Source: Naegleria gruberi
Taxonomy: Eukaryota
DNA: 64,000 nucleotides
Strand: one strand, 5' to 3'
NCBI GenBank assembly: GCA_000004985.1
Contig: GG738900.1
Below the pieces are notes generated by a model. That model saw only the letters and a program-made list of their open reading frames with translations. It did no database searches and was not told the origin of the DNA. Made by a program: the position numbers and the translations under genes. Below, in pieces: positions 24,383 to 33,657 of the stretch; the stretch's first letter is position 1, and each line of letters opens with the position of its first letter.

Positions 24383-24386
24383 AAAT

Positions 24387-25158
24387 TTAACTTAATGCTC
24401 CTGATTTTGCTAATTTATCAGCCATTTCATTTCCATAAATATTTGTGTGACCTGCAACATAGGTAAATTTAACATCTGTCTTTTTGTTAATTTCAGCAAT
24501 TAATTCTCTAAATAAATCCAAATTTTGAATGTCTTTTTTAGAAGCAGTCTTCCAATCATTCTTTTCCCAAACAAATCTCCACAATGTCATTGCATTTATC
24601 ACATATTTTGAATCTGTCAAAATTTCCACATATTCCTCATTTGGAAGTAATTTAAGAGCAATTGCTGCTGCCTTAATTTCAGCTCTTTGATTAGAAGGTG
24701 GACCTTCTAAATATCCACTATAATTCAAAGGATCATCATCTCCAAAAAAGCAGCCAACTCCAGCAATACTATTTTCACTTCCATTAGCAAAACAACATCC
24801 ATCTGTATAAACTTGTCTATATACAGCACCACTCTTCACCTTCTTCTTTTTAGGAGATGCTGTTTCACTATCATTCGATGAAGAAGCCACAGTCGAGGAA
24901 GAAGAAGCACCTTCCGAAGCTGAACTCTTTCTCTTGAGTGATTTTTCAGATGATTCCGAAGAAGCAACTTCAACAACAGGTGATGCTGATTTACTCTCCT
25001 CATCAATAAACTTTTGTGCTTGTTCCATACTGGTGAATGATTTGAATTTTGCTCCAGAGAAAGCCTTCACTTGAGCTTCACATTCTGGCCAGGTTTTATA
25101 AATTCCAGGAGTTCTTCCCTTTGCGACTGCATAATATTTACGTTGTTGTGGAGGCATG
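24387..25158 (-). CDS. RNH1: Ribonuclease H1 with N-terminal hybrid-binding domain
   Basis: Hybrid-binding domain YYAVAKGRTPGIYKTWPECEAQVKAFSGAKFKSF. Catalytic domain with DGCCFANG, SNQRAEIKAA and HTNIYGNEMADKLAK. The track ORF extends to 25397, but the likely start is Met at 25158 (MPPQQRKYYAVAKG). Confidence 0.85.
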
Positions 25159-25495
25159 GTTAGGCAATTAATGTTCGTATTGGCCAATAATAATAAATTA
25201 TTCTTCTTCTTATTCAATAATAGACAATAATTAATATCTCGTTTCAACTCTACGGAATTATTTCCAACAAGCAATGATGAGGAAGAGGAATTTTGTACAC
25301 TCAATAATAATGGAGAACTCTCCAAAAAATTGCAATTTCTTATTGTTGTGGATGTTTGTTTAAATTTAAAAGAAAAAACTCTCAATACGTTTTTCATTCA
25401 ATTTTTTTCAAATTTAATTTTGATTTATTTTGATTTTTCTTGAGAAGAAATAATTGGAATTCTTTTGATTTCAATAAATAATGAATGGATTTTAT

Positions 25496-27745
25496 TTAAT
25501 GGTGAGAGTGACCATGATCACAATCATCCAAACAACCCATCATGGTTGGAAGTGGGAACATTGACATGAAAATTCTTCGAATGACAATTTCCAAAAATCC
25601 TCGATTTCTTTCCTCAACACATTCGATAATTTCACCCATGCTAGAGACCTTTACAATGACCTTATCTTCCTTATCTACAACATCAATTTCTCTATTTTCT
25701 GAGAGTCTACATGTGCATTCTCCAAAATGTTCTTTAAGCATTTGTTGAATGCAATATAACATTTTCAATTCATCCTTTCCTTCATCGAGTAAACTTTCAT
25801 GGAAAGATTTGTCAGTATATAAGATTAAATTACAGATACTATCAACAATAGTGTCATTTGCTGCACTACTTGGCCATTCAATGACACCACATGGTGTCTT
25901 TTCTTGTAATCTCAATTCAATTCTGACAACACCATCAATGAAAATGACAATAGGTTTGGCAGCTTCTGCAGCAAACTCTATTGGAGTATATTTGATGTCT
26001 TCCTTCTTGTCATCTGTTGTGTCCATAATTTCTGATTTAACTTGAACTTCGGTAGGTTCGGTTTCCAAAGTTACATTGCTAAATACTGATCTAATTAATT
26101 GTTCATATGGTACTGTATCATTCAATGGTACAAGGAGTGTTTGCTTAACACCAGAGCAACAAACATCAGAGTACAATTTAAGATCCTTTTCGTTCAAAAG
26201 TAAATGTTGGAAATTGTGATGCAAAAGAATACCATTAATTTCGTCACCATCTTCATATTTTGTAACTGCAAGTTGACCTAAAACCTTGGCTCTCTTTTCA
26301 CCTTGGAACATAATATTAATGCTTGTACAATTCTTTGGTGCATAAACCTTGCTGTCTGTAAACTTGCTTTGAAGTGAATGCTTCAAACGATTGCAATTAG
26401 CAAGATCTCCGTGTACTAAAATAATGTGAGGAGGTTTGATAGTTCCAATAAATTCCTCTGTTTGTGCCTTATCAGAGTGAGCAGAGAATGAAATAGTTCT
26501 CACACTCATTCTCAATGGAACTGTATTACCATTTGAAAGTGTAACAGTTTCAGGTTCACTCATAATTTTCTTAGCAAGTGTACCATCAACTGAATAACCA
26601 GCAATGATAACACCATTCTTGGCATCTTGACACCACAATTCAAACAATTCCTTTGACAAACCAGATTGAAGCATACCAGGACTGGCCATAATGACACAAG
26701 GACCATTATCTTGGAAGTCTTCAATAGATCTCAAATTACTGATATGCTTAAAAACGAAAGGATTGTGAATATCAAATTGTTTTCTAATCTTGTCATTCAT
26801 CATGTTAATATAAGTTTGGAAAATGGTCATACATTTCTTAGCAAGGGAAGAAGCATAATAAATAGGAATATGTTGTAAATCTTGATGTGTTTCCCAAAAT
26901 TCATCTAGAATGAGAAGAAGCTCTTGTGCTCTTCCCAAAGCAAATACGGGTATAAGACAACGACCTCCTCTCTTAACAATTTCAGTAACCATTTGTGTAA
27001 AACGTTTTTCTCTTTCAGATTGACTTTCATGTACTTGAATACCATAAGTAGATTCTACAATAAGAACATCAGGTGACATTGTTGGTGTTTCAGCTCCTAG
27101 TAAATGTCTATCTGGTTGCCTAGAAAAGTCTCCTGTATATAAAACTCTTACACCTGCAATTTCTACCATAAACATGGCTGCTCCTAATACGTGTCCAGCA
27201 TTATAACACCAAAATTTAATTCCATTATGTTCCAATTCTTGATGATAATCAATAAGTTCAATTTTCTTCAGTGAATCAAGTAAATTTTGTTCTGTGAAAA
27301 GTTGATCATCTACATGAACATCACTCACTTTAACAAAGTCAGTCAACAATAATTTATAGATAGCTTTAGTAGGGTGAGTCATGAATACTCTTCCTTGGAA
27401 ATTTGTATGTTCAGTAAAGTAAGGAAGTGCTCCGCAGTGATCCAAATGAAAATGTGTTACTAAAACTAAATCAATTTCACTAGGTTCTATCGTATCAAAG
27501 AAAGGAAGACTAGCCATACCAGTGAATGCAGGGTGAATACCACAATCAAAAAGAACAGTCTTTCCCTTGAATTGTAGAAGGACTGCACTTCTTCCGACTT
27601 CATTTCCTGCTCCTAATGGAGTTACAACTAATTTTTCTCCGTAAATATATTGTGTGTGAGGTGTGTTTTTTGTGATGGTAACAGGTTGTGGTGTTGCCGA
27701 TGACGATGATGGTGGAGGATTTGATGAAGGAGTGTTTGAAATCAT
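25496..27745 (-). CDS. CPSF3: Cleavage and polyadenylation specificity factor 73-kDa subunit (metallo-beta-lactamase/beta-CASP endonuclease)
   Basis: LVVTPLGAGNEVGRSAVLLQFKGKTVLFDCGIHP, the HFHLDHCGALPYF (HxHxDH) motif and beta-CASP motifs. Single 749-aa exon with a His-rich C-terminus. Confidence 0.9.
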   Translation of the reverse strand: MISNTPSSNPPPSSSSATPQPVTITKNTPHTQYIYGEKLVVTPLGAGNEVGRSAVLLQFKGKTVLFDCGIHPAFTGMASLPFFDTIEPSEIDLVLVTHFHLDHCGALPYFTEHTNFQGRVFMTHPTKAIYKLLLTDFVKVSDVHVDDQLFTEQNLLDSLKKIELIDYHQELEHNGIKFWCYNAGHVLGAAMFMVEIAGVRVLYTGDFSRQPDRHLLGAETPTMSPDVLIVESTYGIQVHESQSEREKRFTQMVTEIVKRGGRCLIPVFALGRAQELLLILDEFWETHQDLQHIPIYYASSLAKKCMTIFQTYINMMNDKIRKQFDIHNPFVFKHISNLRSIEDFQDNGPCVIMASPGMLQSGLSKELFELWCQDAKNGVIIAGYSVDGTLAKKIMSEPETVTLSNGNTVPLRMSVRTISFSAHSDKAQTEEFIGTIKPPHIILVHGDLANCNRLKHSLQSKFTDSKVYAPKNCTSINIMFQGEKRAKVLGQLAVTKYEDGDEINGILLHHNFQHLLLNEKDLKLYSDVCCSGVKQTLLVPLNDTVPYEQLIRSVFSNVTLETEPTEVQVKSEIMDTTDDKKEDIKYTPIEFAAEAAKPIVIFIDGVVRIELRLQEKTPCGVIEWPSSAANDTIVDSICNLILYTDKSFHESLLDEGKDELKMLYCIQQMLKEHFGECTCRLSENREIDVVDKEDKVIVKVSSMGEIIECVEERNRGFLEIVIRRIFMSMFPLPTMMGCLDDCDHGHSHH

Positions 27746-28087
27746 TTTTTTTAATTTATTTAAATCGTCTTCATATTATTATTTAATGTTGTCTACAATA
27801 CTGCAAAGAATCATTGTTGTGATGAATCTTTAAATACACCTTCAATCAAACAGAATGAGATGATCTTTATAATATTGGTGGAGAAATCCGAGGTGGATTT
27901 GTCATCTTGAAGCTGGATTGATTTGTTGAAAAGCTCAATTTTTGTTGTATAACAATTTAAACATTTAAATCTCAACTCTTCCGAGCTCAACTTTCCCATT
28001 TATCTTAACAAAACACATTCCAGCTTTCTTCATCACTACATATTAATCAAAAAATAAATATTTTTAATTTTTTTATTAATTTAAAAA

Positions 28088-28459
28088 ATGCTCTTCAAAT
28101 CACTCGCTCGTTCTCAAGCCAGCAGACAAATCATCGCTAGAAATTTTGCTGGTGTTAGATCTTTCCAAACTAACATTGCACAAAGAGGAGGTGGTCATCA
28201 TGACGAACATCACGACTCTCATCATGATGAACATCATCACGAAGAACCATATACGGATAATGATGGTAGACTCTTTGGTATTGCTCAAGGAGAACAATAT
28301 AAATCACAAGGATGGGAAAAGAGATTCCTCCCACTCATGTACGGAGGTGTTCTTCTTTTAGTTATTGGTCTTGCTTTCAAGCCAGATTATAGCGTTCAAA
28401 GTTGGGCTAAAGAAGAAGCACTCAGAAGAAGAGCTGCCCGAACATCTCAACAAGAATAA
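28088..28459 (+). CDS. NADH dehydrogenase (complex I) ESSS/NDUFB11-like subunit with mitochondrial presequence
   Basis: An Arg/Ser-rich N-terminus is followed by a single TM helix and FKPDYSVQSWAKEEALRRR (compare NDUFB11 YLPDYRMKEWSRREAERL). An unusual His/Asp/Glu repeat HHDEHHDSHHDEHHHEE lies upstream of the TM. Confidence 0.55.
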   Translation: MLFKSLARSQASRQIIARNFAGVRSFQTNIAQRGGGHHDEHHDSHHDEHHHEEPYTDNDGRLFGIAQGEQYKSQGWEKRFLPLMYGGVLLLVIGLAFKPDYSVQSWAKEEALRRRAARTSQQE

Positions 28460-28655
28460 TTCTTTAAATTTTGTATGATAATAATAGAGGATTTAAACTT
28501 GTTTGGGTATGATTTGGCTCTTTGTAACCCGATAGAGGGAATATTTATTAATAATAACAACATAATTTCTAAAAGATAATATGAACACTAGTATTATTAT
28601 TGAAAAGTTATTTTCGGATGAATGTTTATTATGATATCGCATAATGTACAAAAAC

Positions 28656-31600
28656 TTAGTCTTGTCTGCAAATACAGAGATCTGGATTGGTTTCAAATCC
28701 TTTAACCTTATCGCAAATTACAGTTTCTCTATTTCTGACTGATTCATCATGATGTTCAACGAGAGAAACACGACGAACAGCAATTAATTTGTCCAGTGTT
28801 CTTTCTGATGTCATTGAATAATCTGCTTCAAAAACGTCATCTGTTTGAGTAGTAAACAAAACAGAAGTGTAGGCGCTTACTGTTCTTCCCTCTGATTCCT
28901 CAGGTAATTGTAAGGTAATTCTGCTAGCTTTGAGGACAGATTTGGATTCAATTGGAAGACAAGTTTCCTTATGTGGTTTTACAATCTTGTTGACATAGGA
29001 TACAGCAGATTTCACAATCGTAGAAACAATAGCAGAGTATGGTTGAGTATTGAAATCAAGCGTTTCATACTTGTTACAAGAACACCATCTTGGATCAACT
29101 CCAGCATGTTTACAGAATCTTGGATTGTGGATTGGCTGTAAGATAGATTTAGCAAGGGCTTCATACTCATCCTTCTCTTCCTTTTCTTCTTGTTCAGTAC
29201 TCACATGATGAATCAAACTATAGTGAGCTGGAAGCTCAACTTGAGGGAAGAGCATAAAATGAGCAAGTGAGGCATAGAGATCGAATGGTGTCACTAATTG
29301 TTGTTGATTACGAGCCAAATTAGTGAAAATATCCTTATGTCTCAATTGTAAATGTTCTGGAACAACTAAATTCAAAAGAGGAAGTTGGTGTTCCTTTTGG
29401 CCTACATCAGTAACATAGAATGGTCCATGTGAAATACCATTACCACTGGAAAGTACAATCAGAGTGTGTGGATGTTCTTTGGTAATATCAACAATGAATC
29501 TAGCCAATGAAATATCAAGAGCATTCATTAATGTACGACTTCTAATATGTTTTGACTCTTCAAAGTGAATAGTGGCAAAACGGGCAGTTCCAGGATACTT
29601 TGCAAAGAAGTCTGTAGTGTAGTCGAACATGTGCTCGAACAAGTCCTTTGATCCTAAACATTTTCTGTTATTTGAAGACTTGAATAAATGCTTTTCACAA
29701 GCTAATGAGAGCAAGTTGTGATCAGCACGATGCCAAGCATTGAAGAGATGTGAAGATGTGTCCATGAGTTTCTTCTTATTTGGATCCTTAACCTTGATGT
29801 AAGGACATTCACTTGATGTGAACATTGTAACGTAACCCAATTGTTTGGCAATATTCCAAATGTTGTGAGTAATTAACTTGCTTGAATCCCCTTCTTTGGC
29901 TCCAATTAAGGTTTCAGTCAAGAGTTTTTGTTGTCTTGCTGGTTCATCCTTTTCAAAGTTTCCAGATGTTTCTTCAAAGTAATTCTTCATAAAGGCAGGA
30001 GAAATCTTTAAGCCATTTTCGAGTGCGAAAATGTTTTCTCTTGAACTATGTCCAACAGTATTGTATCTGAAAAATTGGAAAACTCTATGCTTGCTTGGTT
30101 TTTTAAACATGGTTCGTTTTTGGTCCAATTCAATTTCTTCAAGAACATTAACAGTTCTTGGGAGTTCTCTAATGAAATTACTTCTAGAGGTTCCATCAAG
30201 AATAATATTCAAAATATTAACTGGGTGCATCATTTCGTATTCATATTCAATATTGGCAGCAAATTGATGATATTCATGTTTTGGTTTCTTAGATTGATCC
30301 TTCAAAGTCTTGTCAGTTTCTTCCAATTTTTTAACACGTTTAGTATAGGTTTCTTCTGCAGCTTTCTTAAGCTCAGGATTGAAAGCAACACGAGTTACAA
30401 TATCTCTTGAAGTCTTCTTTGCTTTATCGGAACCCTTGCTGCATTTGGCAACAATAATTTCAGTATCCTTAATTTGATCCTTGGATAATTTGATTACCTT
30501 CTTGGTTGGTTCAAATGTTAAAGAATCCAATTTCTTTTCCTTAATGTTAACAAAGGCACTTGGTGAAGTGGCAGTTCCATCACCATTTGAATCACGACTA
30601 AGAGCTAAGAATGGTTCGGATTTTGCATTTTCACAAAATATGAGAAATTCACTATCACTTCTCTTATTTAAGAGAGCACTAGAAGTACAATCTGGAGCAG
30701 TACTAATTAAAGTAGATGCCCAGTCAATTTGCAAATTTTCACTTTCAGTAATTTTTTCAGCATTAATCACTTCTTCATAATTTTCAGATCCAATCGGTTG
30801 AGTTAAATAGGTGTAAATAGTATTTGCAACCTTCTTGAGTAATTTCCCATTCTTACTTCTGAATGGAACAGGACAATCGGAGAGAGTAACCATTCTCTCA
30901 CCAAACATACCACGCCACATAAACTTTTCAGTTGGTGATGAATAGGTAGTATAATCCTCATGTACAATAGTTGTCTTTGATTCACCTTCTCTGATAACAT
31001 CATTCTCCTCCTTAGATCCTCTACGTGGTGTTCTTCTCTGTTCTGCTCTCTTACTATCATAGGTTTCATTCTGCTCATCATCTTCGGAAGTGTACTTGAG
31101 ATTTTTACTCTTATTCTCCCTTGAACGAACCCTCTCTAAAGCCTGATCATTATTGTTGGTGTATCGGGTTGGGTCATTGTTTTCTCTTCCGTAGCCTTTC
31201 AATTTGGCGCCATTATTGCTATTAAATAATTTACTGTAGACAAGATAACCCAAAACAAATGTAACAATCACAATGGCTAAACATATTAAAATATTGACTA
31301 GAAAACGTTTTTGTTGTTGCTGATTCTTAGGAAGTTTAGGATTGGTATACGTATAGTTTTTAGATGATGTTGTTGTTGTAGGATTGGAGGTTGAGGATGC
31401 TGAGTTGATGTTATTGGAAAATTCATGTCTACCCTCTTCCAATGAATCTGCACTATATGATGAATTAAATACAATTGGAGATGAAGAATTTGGAGTTGTA
31501 ATATTTGCAGTGAAAAGGGATCCACTATTTGGAGAATGTGTTGATGGTGAAGAAGGCGATGATGATCCACCCAGATGATATTTTGTACCTCTGTGATGTG

Positions 31601-31676
31601 TTTGGAAACTCATCTTGTTTATATTGTGTGGTATGGTACAACAGAATAATAGGAAAGCTAGAGTCTGTGGTCCCAA
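28656..31676 (-). CDS. Type II membrane protein with large luminal domain; tentatively alkaline-phosphatase-superfamily/DUF229-like
   Basis: 1006-aa ORF with a Ser-rich cytosolic N-terminus and one hydrophobic helix (FLVNILICLAIVIVTFVLGYLVY). The luminal domain contains LDGTSRSNFIRELPRT. The family call is from memory of the motif only. Confidence 0.4.
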   Translation of the reverse strand: MGPQTLAFLLFCCTIPHNINKMSFQTHHRGTKYHLGGSSSPSSPSTHSPNSGSLFTANITTPNSSSPIVFNSSYSADSLEEGRHEFSNNINSASSTSNPTTTTSSKNYTYTNPKLPKNQQQQKRFLVNILICLAIVIVTFVLGYLVYSKLFNSNNGAKLKGYGRENNDPTRYTNNNDQALERVRSRENKSKNLKYTSEDDEQNETYDSKRAEQRRTPRRGSKEENDVIREGESKTTIVHEDYTTYSSPTEKFMWRGMFGERMVTLSDCPVPFRSKNGKLLKKVANTIYTYLTQPIGSENYEEVINAEKITESENLQIDWASTLISTAPDCTSSALLNKRSDSEFLIFCENAKSEPFLALSRDSNGDGTATSPSAFVNIKEKKLDSLTFEPTKKVIKLSKDQIKDTEIIVAKCSKGSDKAKKTSRDIVTRVAFNPELKKAAEETYTKRVKKLEETDKTLKDQSKKPKHEYHQFAANIEYEYEMMHPVNILNIILDGTSRSNFIRELPRTVNVLEEIELDQKRTMFKKPSKHRVFQFFRYNTVGHSSRENIFALENGLKISPAFMKNYFEETSGNFEKDEPARQQKLLTETLIGAKEGDSSKLITHNIWNIAKQLGYVTMFTSSECPYIKVKDPNKKKLMDTSSHLFNAWHRADHNLLSLACEKHLFKSSNNRKCLGSKDLFEHMFDYTTDFFAKYPGTARFATIHFEESKHIRSRTLMNALDISLARFIVDITKEHPHTLIVLSSGNGISHGPFYVTDVGQKEHQLPLLNLVVPEHLQLRHKDIFTNLARNQQQLVTPFDLYASLAHFMLFPQVELPAHYSLIHHVSTEQEEKEEKDEYEALAKSILQPIHNPRFCKHAGVDPRWCSCNKYETLDFNTQPYSAIVSTIVKSAVSYVNKIVKPHKETCLPIESKSVLKASRITLQLPEESEGRTVSAYTSVLFTTQTDDVFEADYSMTSERTLDKLIAVRRVSLVEHHDESVRNRETVICDKVKGFETNPDLCICRQD

Positions 31677-32240
31677 TTAATATTTGTTAATAATTCAGTC
31701 AGGATAATGACTCTGTTCTGGCGTGGTAACAATCTCTTTTTTTTGTGTAAATGTTTTGATTGACTGGTGATAGGTGCGTTTTTGTCCTTTGTTTTCTTAT
31801 TTACGAAGATGGTTGACAGACTTTATGACGAATGCCAGAGTAGACCATTGGTCAGAGCACGTGTTTCATCTCAATAATTGTGTATTCACATCCTAACTGA
31901 TCATCTCATCTTTTGCAGTTATTGTGTACATTGGAAAATCATTGTAGAATATCTAATCATTGAAAAATCATCAAAGTATCTTGTCAAATGCTTTACAAAT
32001 AAGAAGGAGCGGATTGAGGAACTGAAACAAGTGAAAAGAGTTGTTTTACTGATATGTGATTGATACAAAATCGTTTACAATTATGTTTACAGTTTACTTG
32101 TCAATAGATCTACTGCTGTACTAGATGATGATTCGCTGACTCTGTCACTGTATAGTTTTATTCGATTGAATTCAATTAATTTAATTTTATTAATACAACA
32201 AATTAAATCTTTAATAAATAATTTAATTTTTTAATAAAAA

Positions 32241-33575
32241 ATGACCAACCAAGAGAATTGTGGACCAACAACAAATGAATTGGTGAATAGTAATTCTAAT
32301 AGTAATACAATACCATTATCATCATCGTTACCAACAAATGATACATCATCAACAATAATTTGTACTTCTAAAACACATCAATTATCTAAATTTTACAAGT
32401 GGTGTCCTCATGATGATTATTTATTAATTAAAGGAGTAGAGAAGGGAATGTCAGCAGAGGAAATTAGAGGATCAATCAAGTTTGAGAGGAGTTTCACAAC
32501 GGAAGAAATTACAGAAAGATGGTTATCAATTTTATATGATCCGACAATTTCCCAAATTACTGGCAAGCACATGAATATGTTACAATCAGTGAAAAATTAT
32601 AAACGAGTTCCTTGGTCAAATGAAGAAAATCAAATTATATTTAAAGAGGCAGAAACTCATAAGGAGGTACCATTAAATTTCGAATTAATTTATGATAAAT
32701 ATAGGGATTGTTTGCATCCATCTAGATGTCCAAAAACATTGGAAGCACACTATCAGAGAATGAGAAGAAAAGGAATTATCAAGGAACATATTTCGTCAGT
32801 CACTGAAACACAACCAATACAAACACCAACAGCTGTTGGATCGACGATGGATGATGAAGATGAGGATTATGATGAAACAAAAACATTTTCAGAATTGGAA
32901 AAGGAGGTGTTGAATGCTCCAATACCAAATGATTTGGAAATGAGAGCACAAAATATTCAATTGATAGAAAATAAGGTATCAGAAAAGAATGAACTAAAGA
33001 AAATTCACAAACTTGAAAAGGAAAATGATATTGATGAACAGGCTACAGGCACCAAGAAGATTAAACTCTCATTTGAAGAGAATGTAATTGCTGTATTTGA
33101 TGGAATACAATCTAAGCAAAATATTTACAAATCAGAATCTATCATTGGAAGAAAGAATTCTAGCTTTAATGTAGATGTTGACCTAAGTATTGAATCTGAG
33201 GATATTGGAAAGATCTCAAGAAAGCAAGCTGTTCTTACACTGAGTTATACAATTGAAGAAAAACCTGCTGTAAAGACAATTATTGCCACTGGTGAAAGCG
33301 GTGAAAAAATTGATAGAGTTGCTGATGTAGAAGATCTTTCTGGAACAATAGATGAGTCCAGCAATAAGAGAGTAGTTTTCACATTCAAGTTACAAAATGT
33401 TGGTAAGAGAAACATTCTTGTAAATGGACAACCAGTAGAAAATAATAATGATATTGCTATTCCACATCAATCTTTAATCCAATTTCCAGGAGGTGGAAAG
33501 TTTGTTTTTAAAATCTCTACAGAAGGTTTAAAGAAGTGGTACGACTTGAACAAATCTGCCACCCAAATACTTTAA
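32241..33575 (+). CDS. Microspherule protein 1 (MCRS1/MSP58) homologue with C-terminal FHA domain
   Basis: WCPHDDYLLIKGVEKG...RWLSILYDP matches the MCRS1 N-domain (RW.ALLYDP). The C-terminal GRKNSSFNVDVDL...ISRKQAVL...NILVNGQPV has an FHA fold signature. Confidence 0.68.
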   Translation: MTNQENCGPTTNELVNSNSNSNTIPLSSSLPTNDTSSTIICTSKTHQLSKFYKWCPHDDYLLIKGVEKGMSAEEIRGSIKFERSFTTEEITERWLSILYDPTISQITGKHMNMLQSVKNYKRVPWSNEENQIIFKEAETHKEVPLNFELIYDKYRDCLHPSRCPKTLEAHYQRMRRKGIIKEHISSVTETQPIQTPTAVGSTMDDEDEDYDETKTFSELEKEVLNAPIPNDLEMRAQNIQLIENKVSEKNELKKIHKLEKENDIDEQATGTKKIKLSFEENVIAVFDGIQSKQNIYKSESIIGRKNSSFNVDVDLSIESEDIGKISRKQAVLTLSYTIEEKPAVKTIIATGESGEKIDRVADVEDLSGTIDESSNKRVVFTFKLQNVGKRNILVNGQPVENNNDIAIPHQSLIQFPGGGKFVFKISTEGLKKWYDLNKSATQIL

Positions 33576-33657
33576 TAAATCTTGACTCAATTTGATATTT
33601 AGTTATTATTATTTTATTGAGTTTTTTATTTTATAAATAAATTAGTTGTTTACAAAT

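Noticed and set aside
24387-25397. Full 336-aa ORF as the RNase H1 protein
   Set aside because: The first 80 residues are low-complexity and precede the conserved hybrid-binding domain. The internal Met at 25158 gives a canonical RNase H1. The upstream part is likely 5' UTR in frame, although a longer targeting extension cannot be excluded.
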